Shown here: positions 39,851-51,949 of the stretch, piece by piece
Position numbering within the stretch: position 1 is the first letter of the stretch
How the letters are laid out: every line of letters begins with the position of its first letter
Assembly: GCA_043228905.1 (NCBI GenBank)
Contig: JBHGNT010000134.1
Span: forward strand, 1 to 64,000
Direction: 5' to 3'
Length of the DNA stretch: 64,000 nucleotides
DNA from: Azolla caroliniana
Taxonomy: Eukaryota > Plantae > Polypodiophyta
The notes under the pieces: generated by a model
The model's input: only the letters and a program-made list of their open reading frames with translations
The model's database searches: none
Told to the model about the DNA's origin: nothing
Translations under genes and position numbers: made by a program

Positions 39851-42637
39851 GAAGCTAACAACGCTAGCTATGATATGGAATTAAAAAATCAAGATTTTGA
39901 AACTCAGGTCGAGAGACATGACGAAATTACCACATTTGAGGAGGGAGTTCAGAGGAGCTCTTGAGTAAATTAAAATGTTCATACCTGGCGAGTGTGATAT
40001 CGGATTTTTGTGTTCAAACATGCGAATCGAAGCTAACAACGTTAGCTATGATAAGGAATTAAACATTCAAGATTTTGAAACTCAAGTCGAGAGTCATGAC
40101 GAAATTACCACATTTGAGGAGGGAGTTTCAGAGGAGCTCTTGAGTAAATTAAAATGTTCATACCTGGCGAGTGTGATATCGGATTTTTGTGTTCAAACTT
40201 GCGAATCGAAGCTAACAACGCTAGCTATGATATGGAATTAAAAAATCAAGATTTTGAAACTAAGGTCGAGAGACATGACCAAATTACCAAATTTAAGGAA
40301 TGAGTTGAGAAGAGCTAGTAGGTAAATTAAAATGTTCATACCTGGCTCGTGTGATATCGGATTTTTGTGTTCAAACATGCGAATCGAAGCTAACAACGCT
40401 AGCTATGATATGGAGTTAAAAAATCAAGATTTGGAAACTCAGGTCGAGAGACATGACGAAATTACCAAATTTGAGGAGGGAGTTGAGAGGAGCCCTTTAG
40501 TAAATTAAAATGTTCATACCTGGCGAGTGTGATATCGGATTTTTGTGTTCCAACTTGCGAATCGAAGCTAACAACGCAGGCTATGATATGGAATTAAACA
40601 TCCTAGATTTTGAAACTCAGGTCGAGAGACATGACGAAATTACCACATTTGAGGAGGGAGTTCAGAGGAGCTCTTGAGTAAATTAAAATGTTCATACCTG
40701 GCGAGTGTGATATCGGATTTTTGTGTTCAAACATGCGAATCGAAGCTAACAACGCTAGCTATGATATGGAATTAAAAAATCAAGATTTTGAAACTTAGGT
40801 CGAGAGACATGACGAAATTACCAAATTTAAGGAATGAGTTGAGAAGAGCTCTTGAGTAAATTAAAATGTTCATACCTGGCTCGTGTGATATCGGATTTTT
40901 GTGTTCAAACATGCGAATCGAAGCTAACAACGCAGGCTATGATATGGAGTTAAAAAATCAAGATTTTGAAACTCAGGTCGAGAGACATGACGAAATTACC
41001 AAATTTGAGGAGGGAGTTGAGAGGAGCCCTTTAGTAAATTAAAATGTTCATACCTGGCGAGTGTGATATCGGATTTTTGTGTTCCAACTTGCGAATCGAA
41101 GCTAATAACGCTAGCTATGATATGGAATTAAAAAATCAAGATTTTAAAACTCAGGTCGAAAGACATGACGAAATTACCACATTTGAGGAGGGAGTTGAGA
41201 GGAGCTCTTGAGTAAATTAAAATGTTCATACCTGGCGAGTGTGATATCGGATTTCTGTTTTCAAACTTGCGAATCGAAGCTAACAACGCTAGCTATGATA
41301 TGGAATTAAAAAATCAAGATTTTGAAACTCAAGTCGAGAGACATGAAGAAATTACCACATTTGAGGAGGGAGTTCAAAGGAGCCCTTGAGTAAATTAAAA
41401 TGTTCATACCTGGCGAGTGTGATATCGGATTTTTGTGTTCAAACTTGCGAATCGAAGCTAACAACGCTAGCTATGATATGGAATTAAAAAATCAAGATTT
41501 TAAAACTCAGGTCGAGAGACATGACGAAATTACAAAATTTGAGGAATGAGTTGAGAAGAGCTAGTAGGTAAATTAAAATGTTCATACCTGGCTCGTGTGA
41601 TATCGGATTTTTGTGTTCAAACTTGTGAATCGAAGCTAACAACGCTAGCTATGATATGGAATTTAAAAAATCAAGATTTTGAAACTCAGGTCGAGAGACA
41701 TGACCAAATTACCAAATTTAAGGAATGAGTTGAGAAGAGCTAGTAGGTAAATTAAAATGTTCATACCTGGCTCCTGTGATATCGGATTTTTGTGTTCAAA
41801 CATGCGAATCGAAGCTAACAACGCTAGCTATGATATGGAGTTAAAAAATCAAGATTTTAAAACTCAGGTCGAAAGACATGACGAAATTACCAAATTTGAG
41901 GAATGAGTTGAGAAGAGCTAGTAGGTAAATTAAAATGTTCATACCTGGCTCGTGTGATATCGGATTTTTGTGTTCAAACTTGTGAATCGAAGCTAACAAC
42001 GCTAGCTATGATATGGAATTAAAAAATCAAGATTTTGAAACTCAGGTCGAGAGCCATGACGAAATTACCACATTTGAGGAGGGAGTTGAGAGGAGCACTT
42101 GAGTAAATTAAAATGTTCATACCTAGCGAGTGTGATATTGGATTTTTGTTTTCAAACCTCCGAATCGAAGCTAACAACGCAGGCTATGATATGGAATTAG
42201 AAAATCAAGATTTTGAAACTCAGGTCGAGAGCCATGACGAAATTACCACATTTGAGGAGGGAGTTCAAAGGAGCCCTTGAGTAAATTAAAATGTTCATAC
42301 CTGGCTCGTGTGATATCGGATTTTTGTGTTCAAACATGCGAATCGAAGCTAACAACGCTAGCTATGATATGGAATTAAAAAATCAAGATTTTGAAACTCA
42401 GGTCAAGAGACATGACGAAATTACCAAATTTCAGGAGGGAGTTGAGAGGAGCACTTGAGTAAATTAAAATGTTCATACCTAGCGAGTGTGATATTGGATT
42501 TTTGTTTTCAAACCTCCGAATCGAAGCTAACAACGCAGGCTATGATATGGAATTAGAAAATCAAGATTTTGAAACTCAGGTCGAGAGACATGACGAAATT
42601 ACCACATTTGAGGAGGGAGTTCAAAGGAGCCCTTGAG

Positions 42638-42672
42638 CAAATTTCAGGAGGGAGTTGAGAGGAGCACTTGAG
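42638..42672 (+). other. 35-bp intra-monomer insertion, copy 1
   Basis: CAAATTTCAGGAGGGAGTTGAGAGGAGCACTTGAG is inserted between CCCTTGAG and TAAATTAAAATG, and is identical to 42425-42459. Confidence 0.95.
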
Positions 42673-44630
42673 TAAATTAAAATGTTCATACCTGGCGAGT
42701 GTGATATCGGATTTTTGTGTTCAAACATGCGAATCGAAGCTAACAACGCTAGCTATGATATGGAATTAAACATTCAAGATTTTGAAACTCAGGTCGAGAG
42801 ACATGACGAAATTACCACATTTGAGGAGGGAGTTCAGAGGAGGTCTTGAGTAAATTAAAATGTTCATACCTGGCGAGTGTGATATCGGATTTTTGTGTTC
42901 AAACATGGAATCGAAGCTAACAACGCTAGCTATGATATGGAATTAAAAAATCAAGATTTTGAAACTCAGGTCGAGAGACATGACGAAATTACCACATTTG
43001 AGGAGGGAGTTCAGAGGAGCTCTTGAGTAAATTAAAATGTTCATACCTGGCGAGTGTGATATCGGATTTTTGTGTTCCAACTTGCGAATCGAAGCTAATA
43101 ACGCTAGCTATGATATGGAATTAAAAAATCAAGATTTTAAAACTCAGGTCGAAAGACATGACGAAATTACCACATTTGAGGAGGGAGTTGAGAGGAGCTC
43201 TTGAGTAAATTAAAATGTTCATACCTGGCGAGTGTGATATCGGATTTCTGTTTTCAAACTTGCGAATCGAAGCTAACAACGCTAGCTATGATATGGAATT
43301 AAAAAATCAAGATTTTGAAACTCAAGTCGAGAGACATGAAGAAATTACCACATTTGAGGAGGGAGTTCAAAGGAGCCCTTGAGTAAATTAAAATGTTCAT
43401 ACCTGGCGAGTGTGATATCGGATTTTTGTGTTCAAACTTGCGAATCGAAGCTAACAACGCTAGCTATGATATGGAATTAAAAAATCAAGATTTTAAAACT
43501 CAGGTCGAGAGACATGACGAAATTACAAAATTTGAGGAATGAGTTGAGAAGAGCTAGTAGGTAAATTAAAATGTTCATACCTGGCTCGTGTGATATCGGA
43601 TTTTTGTGTTCAAACTTGTGAATCGAAGCTAACAACGCTAGCTATGATATGGAATTTAAAAAATCAAGATTTTGAAACTCAGGTCGAGAGACATGACCAA
43701 ATTACCAAATTTAAGGAATGAGTTGAGAAGAGCTAGTAGGTAAATTAAAATGTTCATACCTGGCTCGTGTGATATCGGATTTTTGTGTTCAAACATGCGA
43801 ATCGAAGCTAACAACGCTAGCTATGATATGGAATTAAAAAATCAAGATTTTAAAACTCAGGTCGAAAGACATGACGAAATTACCAAATTTGAGGAATGAG
43901 TTGAGAAGAGCTAGTAGGTAAATTAAAATGTTCATACCTGGCTCGTGTGATATCGGATTTTTGTGTTCAAACTTGTGAATCGAAGCTAACAACGCTAGCT
44001 ATGATATGGAATTAAAAAATCAAGATTTTGAAACTCAGGTCGAGAGCCATGACGAAATTACCACATTTGAGGAGGGAGTTGAGAGGAGCACTTGAGTAAA
44101 TTAAAATGTTCATACCTAGCGAGTGTGATATTGGATTTTTGTTTTCAAACCTCCGAATCGAAGCTAACAACGCAGGCTATGATATGGAATTAGAAAATCA
44201 AGATTTTGAAACTCAGGTCGAGAGCCATGACGAAATTACCACATTTGAGGAGGGAGTTCAAAGGAGCCCTTGAGTAAATTAAAATGTTCATACCTGGCTC
44301 GTGTGATATCGGATTTTTGTGTTCAAACATGCGAATCGAAGCTAACAACGCTAGCTATGATATGGAATTAAAAAATCAAGATTTTGAAACTCAGGTCAAG
44401 AGACATGACGAAATTACCAAATTTCAGGAGGGAGTTGAGAGGAGCACTTGAGTAAATTAAAATGTTCATACCTAGCGAGTGTGATATTGGATTTTTGTTT
44501 TCAAACCTCCGAATCGAAGCTAACAACGCTAGCTATGATATGGAATTAGAAAATCAAGATTTTGAAACTCAGGTCGAGAGACATGACGAAATTACCACAT
44601 TTGAGGAGGGAGTTCAAAGGAGCCCTTGAG

Positions 44631-44665
44631 CAAATTTCAGGAGGGAGTTGAGAGGAGCACTTGAG
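44631..44665 (+). other. 35-bp intra-monomer insertion, copy 2
   Basis: Same inserted sequence and same junctions as 42638-42672. Confidence 0.95.
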
Positions 44666-47600
44666 TAAATTAAAATGTTCATACCTGGCGAGTGTGATAT
44701 CGGATTTTTGTGTTCAAACATGCGAATCGAAGCTAACAACGCTAGCTATGATATGGAATTAAACATTCAAGATTTTGAAACTCAGGTCGAGAGACATGAC
44801 GAAATTACCACATTTGAGGAGGGAGTTCAGAGGAGGTCTTGAGTAAATTAAAATGTTCATACCTGGCGAGTGTGATATCGGATTTTTGTGTTCAAACATG
44901 GAATCGAAGCTAACAACGCTAGCTATGATATGGAATTAAAAAATCAAGATTTTGAAACTCAGGTCGAGAGACATGACGAAATTACCACATTTGAGGAGGG
45001 AGTTCAGAGGAGCTCTTGAGTAAATTAAAATGTTCATACCTGGCGAGTGTGATATCGGATTTTTGTGTTCCAACTTGCGAATCGAAGCTAACAACGCAGG
45101 CTATGATATGGAATTAAACATCCTAGATTTTGAAACTCAGGTCGAGAGACATGACGAAATTACCACATTTGAGGAGGGAGTTCAGAGGAGCTCTTGAGTA
45201 AATTAAAATGTTCATACCTGGCGAGTGTGATATCGGATTTTTGTGTTCAAACATGCGAATCGAAGCTAACAACGCTAGCTATGATATGGAATTAAAAAAT
45301 CAAGATTTTGAAACTTAGGTCGAGAGACATGACGAAATTACCAAATTTAAGGAATGAGTTGAGAAGAGCTCTTGAGTAAATTAAAATGTTCATACCTGGC
45401 TCGTGTGATATCGGATTTTTGTGTTCAAACATGCAAATCGAAGCTAACAACGCAGGCTATGATATGGAGTTAAAAAATCAAGATTTTGAAACTCAGGTCG
45501 AGAGACATGACGAAATTACCAAATTTGAGGAGGGAGTTGAGAGGAGCCCTTTAGTAAATTAAAATGTTCATACCTGGCGAGTGTGATATCGGATTTTTGT
45601 GTTCCAACTTGCGAATCGAAGCTAACAACGCAGGCTATGATATGGAATTAAACATCCTAGATTTTGAAACTCAGGTCGAGAGACATGACGAAATTACCAC
45701 ATTTGAGGAGGGAGTTCAAAGGAGCTCTTGAGTAAATTAAAATGTTCATACCTGGCGAGTGTGATATCGGATTTTTGTGTTCAAACATGCGAATCGAAGC
45801 TAACAACGCTAGCTATGATATGGGATTAAAAAATCAAGATTTTGAAACTCAGGTCGAGAGACATGACGAAATTACCACATTTGAGGAGGGAGTTGAGAGG
45901 AGCTCTTGAGTAAATTAAAATGTTCATACCTGGCGAGTGTGATATCGGATTTCTGTTTTCAAACTTGCGAATCGAAGCTAACAACGCTAGCTATGATATG
46001 GAATTAAAAAATCAAGATTTTGAAACTCAAGTCGAGAGACATGAAGAAATTACCACATTTGAGGAGGGAGTTCAAAGGAGCCCTTGAGTAAATTAAAATG
46101 TTCATACCTGGCGAGTGTGATATCGGATTTTTGTGTTCAAACTTGCGAATCGAAGCTAACAACGCTAGCTATGATATGGAATTAAAAAATCAAGATTTTA
46201 AAACTCAGGTCGAGAGACATGACGAAATTACAAAATTTGAGGAATGAGTTGAGAAGAGCTAGTAGGTAAATTAAAATGTTCATACCTGGCTCGTGTGATA
46301 TCGGATTTTTGTGTTCAAACTTGTGAATCGAAGCTAACAACGCTAGCTATGATATGGAATTTAAAAAATCAAGATTTTGAAACTCAGGTCGAGAGACATG
46401 ACCAAATTACCAAATTTAAGGAATGAGTTGAGAAGAGCTAGTAGGTAAATTAAAATGTTCATACCTGGCTCCTGTGATATCGGATTTTTGTGTTCAAACA
46501 TGCGAATCGAAGCTAACAACGCTAGCTATGATATGGAATTAAAAAATCAAGATTTTGAAACTCAGGTCGAGAGACATGACGAAATTACCACATTTGAGGA
46601 GGGAGTTCAAAGGAGCCCTTGAGTAAATTAAAATGTTCATACCTGGCTCGTGTGATATCGGATTTTTGTGTTCAAACATGCGAATCGAAGCTAACAACGC
46701 TAGCTATGATATGGAATTAAAAAATCAAGATTTTGAAACTCAGGTCAAGAGACATGACGAAATTACCAAATTTCAGGAGGGAGTTGAGAGGAGCACTTGA
46801 GTAAATTAAAATGTTCATAACTAGCGAGTGTGATATTGGATTTTTGTTTTCAAACCTCCGAATCGAAGCTAACAACGCAGGCTATGATATGGAATTAGAA
46901 AATCAAGATTTTGAAACTCAGGTCGAGAGACATGACGAAATTACCACATTTGAGGAGGGAGTTCAAAGGAGCCCTTGAGTAAATTAAAATGTTCATACCT
47001 GGCGAGTGTGATATCGGATTTTTGTGTTCAAACTTGCGAATCGAAGCTAATAACGCTAGCTATGATATGGAATTAAAAAATCAAGATTTTAAAACTCAGG
47101 TCGAAAGACATGACGAAATTACCACATTTGAGGAGGGAGTTGAGAGGAGCTCTTGAGTAAATTAAAATGTTCATACCTGGCGAGTGTGATATCGGATTTT
47201 TGTTTTCAAACTTGTGAATCGAAGCTAACAACGCAGGCTATGATATGGAATTAAAAAATCAAGATTTTGAAACTCAGGTCGAGAGACATGACGAAATTAC
47301 CACATTTGAGGAGGGAGTTCAGAGGAGGTCTTGAGTAAATTAAAATGTTCATACCTGGCGAGTGTGATATCGGATTTTTGTGTTCAAACATGGAATCGAA
47401 GCTAACAACGCTAGCTATGATATGGAATTAAAAAATCAAGATTTTGAAACTCAGGTCGAGAGACATGACGAAATTACCACATTTGAGGAGGGAGTTCAGA
47501 GGAGCTCTTGAGTAAATTAAAATGTTCATACCTGGCGAGTGTGATATCGGATTTTTGTGTTCAAACATGCGAATCGAAGCTAACAACGTTAGCTATGATA

Positions 47601-47999
47601 AGGAATTAAACATTCAAGATTTTGAAACTCAAGTCGAGAGTCATGACGAAATTACCAAATTTCAGGAGGGAGTTCAGAGGAGCTCTTGAGTAAATTAAAA
47701 TGTTCATACCTAGCGAGTGTGATATCGGATTTTTGTGTTCAAACTTGCGAATCGAAGCTAACAACGCTAGCTATGATATGGAATTAAAAAATCAAGATTT
47801 TGAAACTTAGGTCGAGAGACATGACGAAATTACCAAATTTAAGGAATGAGTTGAGAAGAGCTAGTCGGTAAATTAAAATGTTCATACCTGGCTCGTGTGA
47901 TATCGGATTTTTGTGTTCAAACATGCGAATCGAAGCTAACAACGCTAGCTATGATATGGAGTTAAAAAATCAAGATTTTGAAACTCAGGTCGAGAGACA

Positions 48000-50900
48000 T
48001 GACGAAATTACCACATTTGAGGAGGGAGTTCAGAGGAGCTCTTGAGTAAATTAAAATGTTCATACCTGGCGAGTGTGATATCGGATTTTTGTTTTCAAAC
48101 TTGCGAATCGAAGCTAACAACGCTAGCTATGATATGGAATTAAAAAATCAAGATTTTGAAACTCAAGTCGAGAGACATGACGAAATTACCACATTTGAGG
48201 AGGGAGTTCAAAGGAGCCCTTGAGTAAATTAAAATGTTCATACCTGGCGAGTGTGATATCGGATTTTTGTGTTCAAACTTGCGAATCGAAGCTAACAACG
48301 CTAGCTATGATATGGAATTAAACATTCAAGATTTTGAAACTCAGGTCGAGAGACATGACGAAATTACCACATTTGAGGAGGGAGTTCAAAGGATCCCTTG
48401 AGTAAAGGAAAATGTTCATACCTGGCGAGTGTGATATCGGATTTTTGTGTTCAAACTTGCGAATCGAAGCTAACAACGCTAGCTATGATATGGAATTAAA
48501 CATTCAAGATTTTGAAACTCAGGTCGAGAGACATGACGAAATTACCACATTTGAGGAGGGAGTTCAGAGGAGCTCTTGAGTAAATTAAAATGTTCATACC
48601 TGGCGAGTGTGATATCGGATTTTTGTGTTCAAACATGTGAATCGAAGCTAACAACGCTAGCTATGATATGGAGTTAAAAAATCAAGATTTTGAAACTCAG
48701 GTCGAGAGACATGACGAAATTACCACATTTGAGGAGGGAGTTCAGAGGAGCTCTTGAGTAAATTAAAATGTTCATACCTGGCGAGTGTGATATCGGATTT
48801 TTGTGTTCAAACGTGCGAATCGAAGCTAACAACGTTAGCTATGATATGGAATTAAACATTCAAGATTTTGAAACTCAAGTCGAGAGACATGACGAAATTA
48901 CCAAATTTTAGGAGGGAGTTCAGAGGCGCTCTTGAGTAAATTAAAATGTTCATACCTAGCGAGTGTGATATCGGATTTTTGTGTTCAAACTTGCGAATCG
49001 AAGCTAACAACGCTAGCTATGATATGGAATTAAAAAATCAAGATTTTGAAACTCAGGTCGAGAGACATGACCAAATTACCAAATTTAAGGAATGAGTTGA
49101 GAAGAGCTAATAGGTAAATTAAAATGTTCATACCTTGCTCGTGTGATATCGGATTTTTTTGTTCAAACATGCGAATCGAAGCTAACAACGCTAGCTATGA
49201 TATGGAGTTAAAAAATCAAGATTTGGAAACTCAGGTCGAGAGACATGACGAAATTACCAAATTTGAGGAGGGAGTTGAGAGGAGCCCTTTAGTAAATTAA
49301 AATGTTCATACCTGGCGAGTGTGATATCGGATTTTTGTGTTCCAACTTGCGAATCGAAGCTAACAACGCAGGCTATGATATGGAATTAAACATCCTAGAT
49401 TTTGAAAACTCAGGTCGAGAGACATGACGAAATTACCACATTTGAGGAGGGAGTTCAAAGGAGCTCTTGAGTAAATTAAAATGTTCATACCTGGCGAGTG
49501 TGATATCGGATTTTTGTGTTCAAACATGCGAATCGAAGCTAACAACGCTAGCTATGATATGGGATTAAAAAATCAAGATTTTGAAACTCAGGTCGAGAGA
49601 CATGACGAAATTACCACATTTGAGGAGGGAGTTCAGAGGAGCTCTTGAGTAAATTAAAATGTTCATACCTGGCGAGTGTGATATCGGATTTTTGTTTTCA
49701 AACTTGCGAATCGAAGCTAACAACGCTAGCTATGATATGGAATTAAAAAATCAAGATTTTGAAACTCAAGTCGAGAGACATGACGAAATTACCACATTTG
49801 AGGAGGGAGTTCAAAGGAGCCCTTGAGTAAATTAAAATGTTCATACCTGGCGAGTGTGATATCGGATTTTTGTGTTCAAACTTGCGAATCGAAGCTAACA
49901 ACGCTAGCTATGATATGGAATTAAACATTCAAGATTTTGAAACTCAGGTCGAGAGACATGACGAAATTACCACATTTGAGGAGGGAGTTGAGAGGAGCCC
50001 TTGAGTAAATTAAAATGTTCATACCTGGCTCGTGTGATATCGGATTTTTGTGTTCAAACATGCGAATCGAAGCTAACAACGCTAGCTATCATCTGGAATT
50101 AAAAAATCAAGATTTTGAAACTCAGGTCGAGAGACATGACGAAATTACCAAATTTGAGGAGGTTGTTTAGAGGAGCTAGTAGGTAAATTAAAATGTTCAT
50201 ACCTGGCTCGTGTGATATCGGATATTTGTTTTCAAACTTGCGAATCGAAGCTAACAACGCAGGCTATGATATGGAATTAAAAAATCAAGATTTTGAAACT
50301 CAGGTCGAGAGACATGACGAAATTACCACATTTGAGGAGGGAGTTCAAAGGATCCCTTGAGTAAAGGAAAATGTTCATACCTGGCGAGTGTGATATCGGA
50401 TTTTTGTGTTCAAACTTGCGAATCGAAGCTAACAACGCTAGCTATGATATGGAATTAAACATTCAAGATTTTGAAACTCAGGTCGAGAGACATGACGAAA
50501 TTACCACATTTGAGGAGGGAGTTCAGAGGAGCTCTTGAGTAAATTAAAATGTTCATACCTGGCGAGTGTGATATCGGATTTTTGTGTTCAAACATGTGAA
50601 TCGAAGCTAACAACGCTAGCTATGATATGGAATTAAAAAATCAAGATTTTGAAATTCAGGTCGAGAGACATGACGAAATTACCACATTTGAGGAGGGAGT
50701 TCAGAGGAGCTCTTGAGTAAATTAAAATGTTCATACCTGGCGAGTGTGATATCGGATTTTTGTGTTCAAACGTGCGAATCGAAGCTAACAACGTTAGCTA
50801 TGATATGGAATTAAACATTCAAGATTTTGAAACTCAAGTCGAGAGACATGACGAAATTACCAAATTTTAGGAGGGAGTTCAGAGGCGCTCTTGAGTAAAT

Positions 50901-51900
50901 TAAAATGTTCATACCTAGCGAGTGTGATATCGGATTTTTGTGTTCAAACTTGCGAATCGAAGCTAACAACGCTAGCTATGATATGGAATTAAAAAATCAA
51001 GATTTTGAAACTAAGGTCGAGAGACATGACCAAATTACCAAATTTAAGGAATGAGTTGAGAATAGCTAATAGGTAAATTAAAATGTTCATACCTTGCTCG
51101 TGTGATATCGGATTTTTGTGTTCAAACATGCGAATCGAAGCTAACAACGCTAGCTATGATATGGAGTTAAAAAATCAAGATTTGGAAACTCAGGTCGAGA
51201 GACATGACGAAATTACCAAATTTGAGGAGGGAGTTGAGAGGAGCCCTTTAGTAAATTAAAATGTTCATACCTGGCGAGTGTGATATCGGATTTTTGTGTT
51301 CCAACTTGCGAATCGAAGCTTACAACGCAGGCTATGATATGGAATTAAACATCCTAGATTTTGAAACTCAGGTCGAGAGACATGACGAAATTACCACATT
51401 TGAGGAGGGAGTTCAAAGGAGCTCTTGAGTAAATTAAAATGTTCATACCTGGCGAGTGTGATATCGGATTTTTGTGTTCAAACATGCGAATCGAAGCTAA
51501 CAACGCTAGCTATGATATGGGATTAAAAAATCAAGATTTTGAAACTCAGGTCGAGAGACATGACGAAATTACCACATTTGAGGAGGGAGTTGAGAGGAGC
51601 TCTTGAGTAAATTAAAATGTTCATACCTGGCGAGTGTGATATCGGATTTTTGTTTTCAAACTTGCGAATCGAAGCTAACAACGCTAGCTATGATATGGAA
51701 TTAAAAAATCAAGATTTTGAAACTCAAGTCGAGAGACATGACGAAATTACCACATTTGAGGAGGGAGTTCAAAGGAGCCCTTGAGTAAATTAAAATGTTC
51801 ATACCTGGCGAGTGTGATATCGGATTTTTGTGTTCAAACTTGCGAATCGAAGCTAACAACGCTAGTTATGATATGGAATTAAACATTCAAGATTTTGAAA
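48000..51900 (+). repeat. 11-monomer-period HOR region; its first ~3 kb is copied at ~61000-64000
   Basis: ACGTGCG at 48811 and 50770 (offset 1959) and at 61811 and 63769 (offset 1958). GAAATTCAGG at 50651/63650 and GATATTTGTT at 50221/63220 (offset 12999). Confidence 0.87.
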
Positions 51901-51949
51901 CTCAGGTCGAGAGACATGACGAAATTACCACATTTGAGGAGGGAGTTTA

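Larger units (their letters stand above)
41080..45070 (+). repeat. Tandem 11-monomer HOR (1993 bp = 11x178+35) carrying a 213-bp monomer
   Basis: GTTCCAACTT at 41081, 43074 and 45067; 35-bp insertion at 42638 and 44631. Confidence 0.92.
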
